The notes below the pieces were generated by a model, which had not been told where the DNA came from, did no database searches, and saw nothing but the letters and a program-made list of their open reading frames with translations. A DNA stretch of 63,372 nucleotides, the filler included, from Gemmatimonadota bacterium (GTDB lineage: Bacteria > 4572-55 > J002), in the NCBI GenBank assembly GCA_003697105.1. It is 4 parts of 4 records of this genome, joined end to end, with 100 filler letters (N's around TTAATTAATTAA, not from the genome) between each part and the next. Parts side by side here need not be neighbours in the genome. Positions count along the whole stretch, not along the records: positions 1 to 10,419 come from RFFQ01000087.1; positions 10,520 to 25,686 come from RFFQ01000089.1; 2 more parts are not named here. One strand, 5' to 3'. The position numbers and the translations under genes were made by a program. This document shows, piece after piece, positions 8,977 through 17,879 of the stretch; positions within the stretch are counted from its first letter, which is position 1, and the number at the start of each line of letters is the position of its first letter.

Positions 8977-9885
8977 CTACATTTCGGACTCGGATGTCGT
9001 TGCTTCCGTAACCGGTTCTACAGAGAGTACCGGTAAGCCCACGTGGAAGGTTGACCCGTGTTGGGGGGTACTTTGCACCGAAAGAAAACCGCCCATTAAT
9101 TCCACCATCTTTTTGACGATGCTCAAGCCCAAACCGGTACCATCATACTGGCGAGAGCGAGACATATCGACCTGATAAAAGCGTTCAAAAATCAGGTCGA
9201 GGTGTTCCGGTGCGATCCCAATACCCGTATCCGTCACATCGATGCAAAGGGTATTGGCTTTCAACTGAACATGAACCGTCACGGAACCTCCGGGCGGGGT
9301 GAACTTGATGGCATTGGAGAGCAAATTTGTCATGACCGTCTGAAAGCCGTTACGATCAATGTAAATATGGCATGTCTCCGGGTGATACTCAAACCTCAAA
9401 TTGACTGCTGACCGGTTGGCAATATGCGTAAAATAGCGCTCTAACACCTGGATCATCTGTTTCAATTCGGCAACCTCAACCTGAACTTCTCGCTGGTTGG
9501 CATCCAGCGTATTCAGGGTCAAAAGGTCATCGATCAGTGCCAGTTCATGGCCAGCTTGATCAATAATCAATTGTAGAAGTTCCTGCGCTTCTGCTTTTTG
9601 GAAGGAATCGAACATGTCATACAATAGCTGGGCATTGCCGGAGATCGTCGTCAACGGGGTACGTAATTCATGCGAGATATTATCCAAAATCTCCTTTCGG
9701 GTCCGTAATGCCGATTCCTTTTCTGTCAATGCAGTGTCACACTTCACCTTGAAACGGTGCAGTTCCTCACATGCCCATTGTATCATGTTATACAGTTCTT
9801 CTGAAATCGGTTGCTGGCGAAGTAGGGCTTGTATCTGTCCCAAATTGGATTCTAATGAAGATGTCAGGGAATTGGTTTGTGACAT
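8977..9885 (-). CDS. Cytoplasmic sensor histidine kinase (HisKA + HATPase_c, short coiled-coil N-terminus)
   Basis: SHELRTPL, NLLSNAIKF, DTGIGI, GTGLGL; no transmembrane segment. Confidence 0.9.
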   Translation of the reverse strand: MSQTNSLTSSLESNLGQIQALLRQQPISEELYNMIQWACEELHRFKVKCDTALTEKESALRTRKEILDNISHELRTPLTTISGNAQLLYDMFDSFQKAEAQELLQLIIDQAGHELALIDDLLTLNTLDANQREVQVEVAELKQMIQVLERYFTHIANRSAVNLRFEYHPETCHIYIDRNGFQTVMTNLLSNAIKFTPPGGSVTVHVQLKANTLCIDVTDTGIGIAPEHLDLIFERFYQVDMSRSRQYDGTGLGLSIVKKMVELMGGFLSVQSTPQHGSTFHVGLPVLSVEPVTEATTSESEM

Positions 9886-10023
9886 GCATACACCCGGTTA
9901 CAAACATTTATGCGGATAAAAATCGTCTAGTTTCCTCAACGCTAACCATACTAATTGTTTATCAAAATTTCGTCAATTCATTTTTACAGCAGTGACTACA
10001 CGGTAACAGGGTTGCATCCCGAT

Positions 10024-10056
10024 AAAAAAACCGCGCATCGTCATACGTGCACGGTT
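10024..10056 (-). terminator. Probable intrinsic terminator downstream of the Rdx selenoprotein gene
   Basis: Minus strand AACCGTGCA-N-TGCGCGGTT running into a T-run. Confidence 0.55.
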
Positions 10057-10090
10057 CATGCTAAGCTTTAATAGACTGGTAAAACAGAAG

Positions 10091-10309
10091 TTATTTAGGA
10101 ATTAAACCAACAAGTTCCCCTTCTTCAGGGAACCGTCCGGTCTCCTTTTTGGAGTAAACCAATTTTCCATCTACTTTCACATCGAAAATCCCCCCAGAAC
10201 CTTTAATCAGTTCGGGTTCGATGCCCAATGCTTCCTTAATTTCTGCAGCCGCCCGGGCTGCGCGAGGATAGTAGTTTCAAACAACACAATATTCAATAGT
10301 AATCTTCAT
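10091..10309 (-). CDS. SelT/SelW/SelH (Rdx) family selenoprotein, 72 aa, Sec at codon 11
   Basis: Not in the ORF track. MKITIEYCVV(TGA)NYYPRAARAAAEIKEALGIEPELIKGSGGIFDVKVDGKLVYSKKETGRFPEEGELVGLIPK*. Rdx motifs IxIEYCxxU, GxFxV and GRFP. SD GGAGG at 10315-10319. TGA at 10277-10279. Confidence 0.92.
10245..10261 (-). promoter_or_regulatory. Bacterial SECIS-like hairpin
   Basis: GCAGCC-CGGGC-GGCTGC: a 6-bp stem starting 15 nt after the UGA, with a G-containing apical loop, consistent with the general bSECIS model. Confidence 0.7.
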
Positions 10310-10326
10310 AGAAACCTCCATGTTTG

Positions 10327-10419
10327 AAAGGATGAAGGCGGAAGGATGAAGGATGATTGCCTTACCTTCGCTTCCGCGATACTACTAAAGGATGAAGGCG
10401 GAAGGATGAAGGATGATTG
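10327..10419. repeat. Two identical 33-bp units built from AAGGATG-type heptamers, 60-nt period, at the contig end
   Basis: AAAGGATGAAGGCGGAAGGATGAAGGATGATTG at 10327-10359 and 10387-10419. Confidence 0.9.
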
Positions 10420-10519
10420 NNNNNNNNNNNNNNNNNNNNNNNNNNNNNNNNNNNNNNNNNNNNTTAATTAATTAANNNNNNNNNNNNNNNNNNNNNNNNN
10501 NNNNNNNNNNNNNNNNNNN
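10420..10519. other. Artificial contig linker
   Basis: 100 nt of N with central TTAATTAATTAA (stops in all six frames). Confidence 0.99.
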
Positions 10520-10618
10520 GTGCAACGATTCCGCATCCAAAATAACATCGACGACGATGCCTTTGAGAAAATGAACGCCTTTATCAATTTTAAAACATGA
10601 GTTTTCCAGAGTTTTCAG
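10520..10618 (+). mobile_element. Right end of a multicopy insertion sequence (transposase 3' tail and terminus)
   Basis: Exact reverse complement of 25588-25686. Encodes ...VQRFRIQNNIDDDAFEKMNAFINFKT* then GTTTTCCAGAGTTTTCAG, after which the flanks diverge. Family not assignable from 99 bp. Confidence 0.75.
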
Positions 10619-10686
10619 CTTTTTTCCAGAGATGGCACTTTGATTATGGATATGAACGGTTTGAAAACGCCGTGGAATGAACTGAT

Positions 10687-11973
10687 TTATACCCAACCCC
10701 GGTCACGGCAGGCTTGTGCCACCCGGCTAATGGAAATGACGTATGCCGCATCCCGCATGTAGAGGTTGCGTTTTTTCGCTAATTCACTCACGGCGAGGAA
10801 GGCAGAGGTCATTTTTACATCCAATTTGCCGAGCACTTCGTCCCGTTCCCAGAAGTAGTTCATGTTCGATTGCACTTGTTCAAAGTAACTACACGTCACA
10901 CCCCCGGCATTTGCCAGAAAGTCTGGGATCATAAAAATTCCCCGTTCCGCAATGATCGCGTCCGCCTCAGGGGTGGTGGGTCCATTGGCGCCTTCGGCAA
11001 TCACTTTTACTTGGGGAGATATTTTATGCACGTTATCGGCGGTGATCTGATTTTCCAGTGCAGAGGGGATCAAAATATCAACCTCTTGTTCGATCCAGGC
11101 TTCCCCGTCGAGGACTTCGTACCCCATATCTTGGGCTTTGGCTTTATCGATTCCGCCAAACCGGTCGGTGATGGTCAGTAACTTTTCCAGTTGAATTCCA
11201 TCTTTACGGCGGAAGGAATACGAGCGTTGGTCTTCCTGATCCCAGCAGGAGACACAGATCACTTTACCGCCTAATTGTTCGTAGAGTTGGATGGCAAATT
11301 GCGCCACATTGCCGAAGCCTTGAACACTGGCGGTTGTGTCTTCAGGACGGATGCCAAGTTCGCGCAATGCCTCTCGGAGGGTGAAAATCACTCCGAAACC
11401 GGTGGCTTCCTTGCGCCCGAGCGAACCCCCCATTCCGACCGGCTTACCGGTGATAAAACCGGGATACTTTGCGCCGTGAATCGCTTCGTATTCGTCCAAC
11501 ATCCAGAGCATATGTTGGGCGCTGGTCATCACGTCTGGGGCGGGCACATCGGAAAGCGGCCCCACATTTTTCGCAATTTGGCGCACCCAACCGCGACAGA
11601 GGAGCTCCTGTTCCCGCATACTCATGTTATGTGGATCGCAAATCACGCCTCCCTTACCGCCGCCCAGAGGAATATCCACTACGGCGCATTTCCAAGTCAT
11701 CCACATGGAGAGGGCACGCACGGTATCAATGGTCTCTTGTGGGTGAAACCGGATACCCCCTTTGCTGGGTCCACGGGCGTCATTATGTTGGCACCGGAAC
11801 CCCCGAAAAACCTGGGTGGTGCCATCATCCATCCGTACCGGAATGCTAAAATGATATTCTCTAAGGGGGTACCGCAACAGGGCACGCGTAGCGGCATCCA
11901 AGTCCAAAATATCGGCAACCTGATCAAACTGCTTCTGTGCCATTTCAAATGGATTAAACGATGAAGTGCTCAT
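10687..11973 (-). CDS. Glu/Leu/Phe/Val dehydrogenase family, probable NAD(P)-dependent glutamate dehydrogenase
   Basis: GPSKGGIRFHP, MTWK, GGGKGG, DVPAPD, GFGNV, EGANGP, NAGGV. Confidence 0.92.
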   Translation of the reverse strand: MSTSSFNPFEMAQKQFDQVADILDLDAATRALLRYPLREYHFSIPVRMDDGTTQVFRGFRCQHNDARGPSKGGIRFHPQETIDTVRALSMWMTWKCAVVDIPLGGGKGGVICDPHNMSMREQELLCRGWVRQIAKNVGPLSDVPAPDVMTSAQHMLWMLDEYEAIHGAKYPGFITGKPVGMGGSLGRKEATGFGVIFTLREALRELGIRPEDTTASVQGFGNVAQFAIQLYEQLGGKVICVSCWDQEDQRSYSFRRKDGIQLEKLLTITDRFGGIDKAKAQDMGYEVLDGEAWIEQEVDILIPSALENQITADNVHKISPQVKVIAEGANGPTTPEADAIIAERGIFMIPDFLANAGGVTCSYFEQVQSNMNYFWERDEVLGKLDVKMTSAFLAVSELAKKRNLYMRDAAYVISISRVAQACRDRGWV

Positions 11974-12220
11974 GGCTCACCGCCTTTCTGCGAAAATGTG
12001 AAAAATAGGGTATAGGATACTTTATGGTAAAACATAGATAACACGTTATTTTTGATAAAGTTACGTTTTTAGATTCGGTTTCATTTAGCCGATGCTGGAA
12101 TCTACTATAAAGTATCTCGAAGGTCAAGCCTTTTTTGGATAAACAGGTCTAAAAAACGATTAGGTATTGCTACCGTCCCATAATTAAGTGGATAAAAGAT
12201 TCCGGTTATCGAAATTTTCA

Positions 12221-12248
12221 TTGACAAACCCTTTTTTTTGCATAATAT
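12221..12248 (+). promoter_or_regulatory. Putative sigma70 promoter of gdhA
   Basis: TTGACA-N16-TAATAT. Confidence 0.5.
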
Positions 12249-12259
12249 ACCTTATATTT

Positions 12260-12291
12260 GACAAGCACCTCTCACCGGTGAGAGGCTTGTC
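12260..12291. promoter_or_regulatory. Strong palindrome in the gdhA leader
   Basis: GACAAG-CA-CCTCTCACCGGTGAGAGG-CTTGTC: an 18-bp perfect palindrome with 6-bp outer arms. Confidence 0.55.
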
Positions 12292-12301
12292 TGAGGGCTA
12301 A

Positions 12302-13702
<1,401 letters not shown>

Positions 13703-13734
13703 GGGTTACCCCCATAATTGCGGAATCGACCTAT

Positions 13735-13773
13735 AAAAAACAGGCGTATCTCACAGAGATACGCCTGTTTTTT
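13735..13773. terminator. Bidirectional intrinsic terminator
   Basis: AAAAAACAGGCGTATCTC-ACA-GAGATACGCCTGTTTTTT between convergent genes. Confidence 0.9.
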
Positions 13774-13795
13774 TGTTCAAAGCATTTACCTTAGA

Positions 13796-14266
13796 TTATC
13801 GATCTACCCACAAGTGACTTAAATAACCCACAACTGCCGCTGCATAGTAAGGGACGCCAATCTCATGGATGTTTTCCGTGAGTAAAATTGGGACTACCAG
13901 TAGGGGTAAGGGGATCAAAAATGCGGTTGAAAGCCGGTGCGTAAAACCCCGGTGTTTCAACAACGAGATGACCAAAATGCCAACCCCAATCCATGCCGCG
14001 ATTTCATAATAGTGAAGCACAATCAAGGTAATATCCAGTACCAATACGATGCTATAAATCACTTTTTGGGAGGTACTGGTAATATCCACATCAGGAAAGA
14101 GCGCCCCTAAATAGCAACAGATAAAACAAACCGGCAATTGCCACATCTGGTGGAGGATCGAGTTAAGGTCTGTGCCAAACCGGTAGTAATACCACGCCCC
14201 GATGGGGATCAACGCCAGCCCAAACCATAACACGCCTGCCCGAGAATGTGCCTTAAATCCACCCAT
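13796..14266 (-). CDS. Membrane metal-dependent hydrolase (YdjM-like)
   Basis: N-terminal H, GALFPDVD, HRGFTH, SHLWVD; hydrophobic helices. Confidence 0.8.
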   Translation of the reverse strand: MGGFKAHSRAGVLWFGLALIPIGAWYYYRFGTDLNSILHQMWQLPVCFICCYLGALFPDVDITSTSQKVIYSIVLVLDITLIVLHYYEIAAWIGVGILVISLLKHRGFTHRLSTAFLIPLPLLVVPILLTENIHEIGVPYYAAAVVGYLSHLWVDR

Positions 14267-14269
14267 AGC

Positions 14270-15391
14270 TTATGCCCTAACAAATTGCTTACCGGGCAAT
14301 GCCTTCACGACCCCTTTAAGTTCCAGCGCGAGAAGTGTGCCCAACACGTGGTGAGTGGGTTTAGCCACCGTCTTGGCGAGGCGGTCAATATGGAGCGGTG
14401 TTTCGGATAATGCTTGATAAACCTCCAGTTCACTACCGGTTAAAGGGGGAAGATGCTTTTCGGAGGCAGTCGCTGATGGGGGTGATGTGGTGGCAGCGTT
14501 GGCGGAAGGCAACAAATACGGATTCAAACCTTCCAGAATATCCTGCACTGTTTCCACCAATTTTGCACCATTTTTGATCAAGCGGTTGGAGCCTTGGCTA
14601 GTCGCGGAATGGATCGGTCCTGGCACGGCGAACACATCTTTACCTTGTTCAATCGCGTAATCCGCCGTGATGAGTGCCCCACTTTTGATCCGTGCCTCGG
14701 GGACTAAGACTCCCAAACTCATACCACTGATGATCCGGTTCCGCATGGGGAAATTCATCGCTGTGGGTTGGGTCCCTAGCGGCAATTCTGAAATGAGCGC
14801 TCCATTTTCGATGATCCGGGGCACTAAATCCGCATTATCTGGAGGGTACACCACATCCACCCCACAGCCCAATATCGCTAAAGTACGCCCGCCAGCATTT
14901 AGTGCGCTTTCATGGGCGACACGGTCAATTCCGCGTGCCATGCCACTGATGATGGTTAGACCGTGTTGAACAAGCTCTGTGGTTAGGTGTTGCGTGACGG
15001 TTTTGCCATATACGGATGCCGCGCGAGGTCCTACAACTCCTATAGCGACCTCGTCTTCCGCTGTTAATGTGCCTCGGACGAATAGGAGCGCCGGGGGATC
15101 GTAAATTTTGTGAAGAGGTTTGGGGTAAGTGTCACAGCGATAGGTGATTAGCTGGATATCCTGCGCTGCCATCTGTTCAATTTGCCGCTTCACGGAATCG
15201 GGGTTGTGTTTGGCGATAATCGCCTGAGCGGTTTTACGATCCATGCGGGGCAGGCGGCTGATCTGTTCGAGCGATGCCTCCAACACGGCTTGTGGCGACC
15301 CGAACGCCTCCACCAACTGGCGGAGCCGGACGGACCCCACTCCGTTGATCGAACGCAACATAAGCCATGCCTGTAATTCCGTGGATGTCAT
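14270..15391 (-). CDS. dprA: DNA-processing protein DprA
   Basis: DPPALLFVRG, SGMARGID, FPMRNRIISG, SGALITA, C-terminal winged helix. Confidence 0.95.
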   Translation of the reverse strand: MTSTELQAWLMLRSINGVGSVRLRQLVEAFGSPQAVLEASLEQISRLPRMDRKTAQAIIAKHNPDSVKRQIEQMAAQDIQLITYRCDTYPKPLHKIYDPPALLFVRGTLTAEDEVAIGVVGPRAASVYGKTVTQHLTTELVQHGLTIISGMARGIDRVAHESALNAGGRTLAILGCGVDVVYPPDNADLVPRIIENGALISELPLGTQPTAMNFPMRNRIISGMSLGVLVPEARIKSGALITADYAIEQGKDVFAVPGPIHSATSQGSNRLIKNGAKLVETVQDILEGLNPYLLPSANAATTSPPSATASEKHLPPLTGSELEVYQALSETPLHIDRLAKTVAKPTHHVLGTLLALELKGVVKALPGKQFVRA

Positions 15392-16380
15392 GCGGTTTCG
15401 CTCGCTGGGGGGATGGAATTTAACTGCCGGATTATTTCGTACAGCATCGGTTTTGTTCCGTGACCGGTCACGGCGGAGATCGGAAAGACTGGCAGGTTTC
15501 CGAAATCCGGCGGAGCATAATCTGCCGGTAAAATATCCATTTTATTGAGGGCGATGAGTGCCGGACGTGCTAATAATTCTGGGCGATATTCTCGTAATTC
15601 TGTTTGCAGAATATTAAAATCGGCTTGAGGGTCTTCGGTACTGCCGTCAATCACGTAAATCAGGAGTTTGGTACGCTCAATGTGGCGTAAAAAATCCAGA
15701 CCTAGACCCTTGCCTTCATGTGCGCCTTCGATCAGTCCGGGAATATCTGCCATGACAAAGCTTTGTACCCCATCTAGGGTGACATACCCCAAGTTGGGCA
15801 CGAGGGTCGTGAACGGGTACGCTGCCACTTTGGGGCGGGCAGAAGAGAGGCGCGATAGCAACGTGGATTTTCCGGCATTAGGATGCCCCACTAACCCTAC
15901 ATCGGCAATGGTTTTTAGCTCCAAGATGATGTCCAGTTCTTCACCGGGTTTGCCGGGTGTTGCTTTGCGCGGTACTCGATTATTGGCGGTTGCAAATCGG
16001 GCATTGCCAAGCCCACCCTTCCCACCTTTGGCAATTACACAGCGGGCATCCGGTGTTGTTAAATCGGCTAAAATTTCATGGGTTTCCGCGTGGCGTACCA
16101 CGGTGCCTTGAGGCACCCAGATGATCGTATCTTCACCGGCTTTGCCAAATTTATCACTGCCTTGACCGTGTTGGCCTCGTTTTGCCTCGTAACGGCGGCG
16201 ATAGCGATGATCGCGGAGAGTGTTCATGTTGGGGTCCACGGCCACGATGATGTCACCGCCTTTCCCGCCGTCACCGCCATTGGGACCGCCGTGGGGCACA
16301 TGTGCCTCCCGCCGGAACGAAATACACCCGTTGCCCCCGTCACCCGCTTTAATATGTAAGGTTGCAATATCAACAAACAT
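15388..16380 (-). CDS. obgE: GTPase ObgE
   Basis: MFVD start (ATG 16380, GGAG upstream), Gly-rich Obg fold, GHPNAGKS, YPFTT, DIPG, NKMD. Confidence 0.96.
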   Translation of the reverse strand: MFVDIATLHIKAGDGGNGCISFRREAHVPHGGPNGGDGGKGGDIIVAVDPNMNTLRDHRYRRRYEAKRGQHGQGSDKFGKAGEDTIIWVPQGTVVRHAETHEILADLTTPDARCVIAKGGKGGLGNARFATANNRVPRKATPGKPGEELDIILELKTIADVGLVGHPNAGKSTLLSRLSSARPKVAAYPFTTLVPNLGYVTLDGVQSFVMADIPGLIEGAHEGKGLGLDFLRHIERTKLLIYVIDGSTEDPQADFNILQTELREYRPELLARPALIALNKMDILPADYAPPDFGNLPVFPISAVTGHGTKPMLYEIIRQLNSIPPASETA

Positions 16381-16468
16381 TTGTAAATCTCCCAACAATC
16401 CGCGAATGATGGGAATCATCCCCGAATAACCACAACATACCGGACAACCCCATGTGGGCTAGCTGGAG

Positions 16469-17320
16469 CTACCGAACAACCCGGAAGCCAAAATTGGCAT
16501 ATTTTAGATTCGCATTGAGCCCGTACCGGTAGGCGGTTCGTACCCACCGCACATTATTATCATACGCGCCACCGCGCAGAATATGGACATTGGCATTTTT
16601 CCCGGCAGCTACCGGATTTTTCACCGGCGCATTATCCGCCCGCGTACGGAATGCATGAACATCCCACGAGTCCAGACACCACTCCCACACATTGCCGCTC
16701 ATATCATACAAGCCAAGAGCGTTGGGCTTTTTTTGCCCGACCGGGTGGGTTTTCCCGTCACTGTTTTTATCAAACCAAGCGTATTGATCCAGTTGGAGGG
16801 AATCCGATGTGCCCGCCCACTGTTGGCGCTTGCCACCGCTCCGTGCCGCATATTCCCACTGGGCTTCGGTTGGAAGTTGGTAGCCGTAAAACCGGCAAAA
16901 TTCGTAGGCGCCGTACCACGTGACCATCACGACTGGATACTGTTCATAACCCGGCTGAGGAATCCAGCCGTCTTCAGTTTTCCGCAGACCCCATTCGTGC
17001 GGCTCCACTAATTTTTGTCCCGAATATTTGCTATCCTTAACAGAATCCGAACCGTATTCATTCAAAAATGCGGCATACTGGTGATTAGTGATTTCGTACG
17101 CGCTGATCTCAAATCGATCCAGCTCAACTTCGTGTACCGGTTTTTCCCAAAACAGTCCACCGCCCCGGATATCGCCCATCTGGAATGATCCGGCAGGTAC
17201 TGGGACAAATTGAATCCCTGTGCGGGAATCCAGAATAGGGGTGGGGGGAGATTGTGCGAAAAGTGTCGTTGTCCCACCAGCCAACCACAGTATGATGAAT
17301 ATCCACTTGTGTTGTATCAT
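16469..17320 (-). CDS. Secreted formylglycine-generating-enzyme (SUMF1/FGE-sulfatase) domain protein
   Basis: Signal peptide ending LFA|Q, LPTEAQWEYAAR, GLYDMSGNVWEWC, GFRVVR. Start moved to MIQHK. Confidence 0.88.
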   Translation of the reverse strand: MIQHKWIFIILWLAGGTTTLFAQSPPTPILDSRTGIQFVPVPAGSFQMGDIRGGGLFWEKPVHEVELDRFEISAYEITNHQYAAFLNEYGSDSVKDSKYSGQKLVEPHEWGLRKTEDGWIPQPGYEQYPVVMVTWYGAYEFCRFYGYQLPTEAQWEYAARSGGKRQQWAGTSDSLQLDQYAWFDKNSDGKTHPVGQKKPNALGLYDMSGNVWEWCLDSWDVHAFRTRADNAPVKNPVAAGKNANVHILRGGAYDNNVRWVRTAYRYGLNANLKYANFGFRVVR

Positions 17321-17456
17321 ATATCTGTGTGATTCTCCAAAAATTAAGGCAATTAATTGATTGCAGAATGTACCAAAAAATATGGATTCCCGCAAGCGTG
17401 AAATTCGGACACTTTCCATCCGTTAAGGTTGGGTAACCCGGTTTTGTGGATGATCG

Positions 17457-17485
17457 ACCCGAAGGGTTTGGCAAATCCTTAGGGT
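17457..17485. repeat. Imperfect intergenic palindrome (REP-like)
   Basis: ACCCGAAGGGTTTGGCAAATCCTTAGGGT. Confidence 0.4.
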
Positions 17486-17727
17486 TTTAAATCGACAAAC
17501 TAAGCTCAGATTTGCTTATAATACCTTGTAACCACATTGCGCATGTCAGGTATCAATAACGGGTAAAACGGAAGTTCATTTTTTAGCTTTAAGCCCGTTA
17601 ACGTTTATAACTAGCTGGTAGATAATAACTTAATTTTCTATCTGTTCCTTATGGGATGTAAGGTACGTTCTTTCGGGCGTATCGGGTAGCACGTGGTCTA
17701 AGGTTATGCGGCGGTTTTCAAAGCGGC

Positions 17728-17756
17728 TTGACGCCTTGCTTTGGGGGCTGTAGATT
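17728..17756 (+). promoter_or_regulatory. Putative sigma70 promoter
   Basis: TTGACG-N17-TAGATT upstream of the Omp85-family gene. Confidence 0.5.
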
Positions 17757-17879
17757 TACCTCTTTCATTTTAGGGAAGGTTTTTTTATTTTATGTGCCCG
17801 CTGAATTTTGGATTTGATGAAACTGCCGGATTTTGTCATTACCGGATGGTAACATGTCATTGTAAACGAAGAGATAGTC

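Noticed and set aside
10327-10419. CRISPR array (33-bp repeat, 27-bp spacer)
   Set aside because: Only two units, built from low-complexity heptamers, non-palindromic, and no cas genes in the window.
10420-10519. TTAATTAATTAA palindromes inside N-runs (also 25687-25786 and 52851-52950)
   Set aside because: Artificial contig-joining linkers.
10472-10696. 74-aa minus ORF running into Ns
   Set aside because: Antisense to the IS tail and terminated by the linker.
17419-17879. Riboswitch or ncRNA in the long intergenic region
   Set aside because: No conserved aptamer recognised by eye; a covariance-model scan would be needed.
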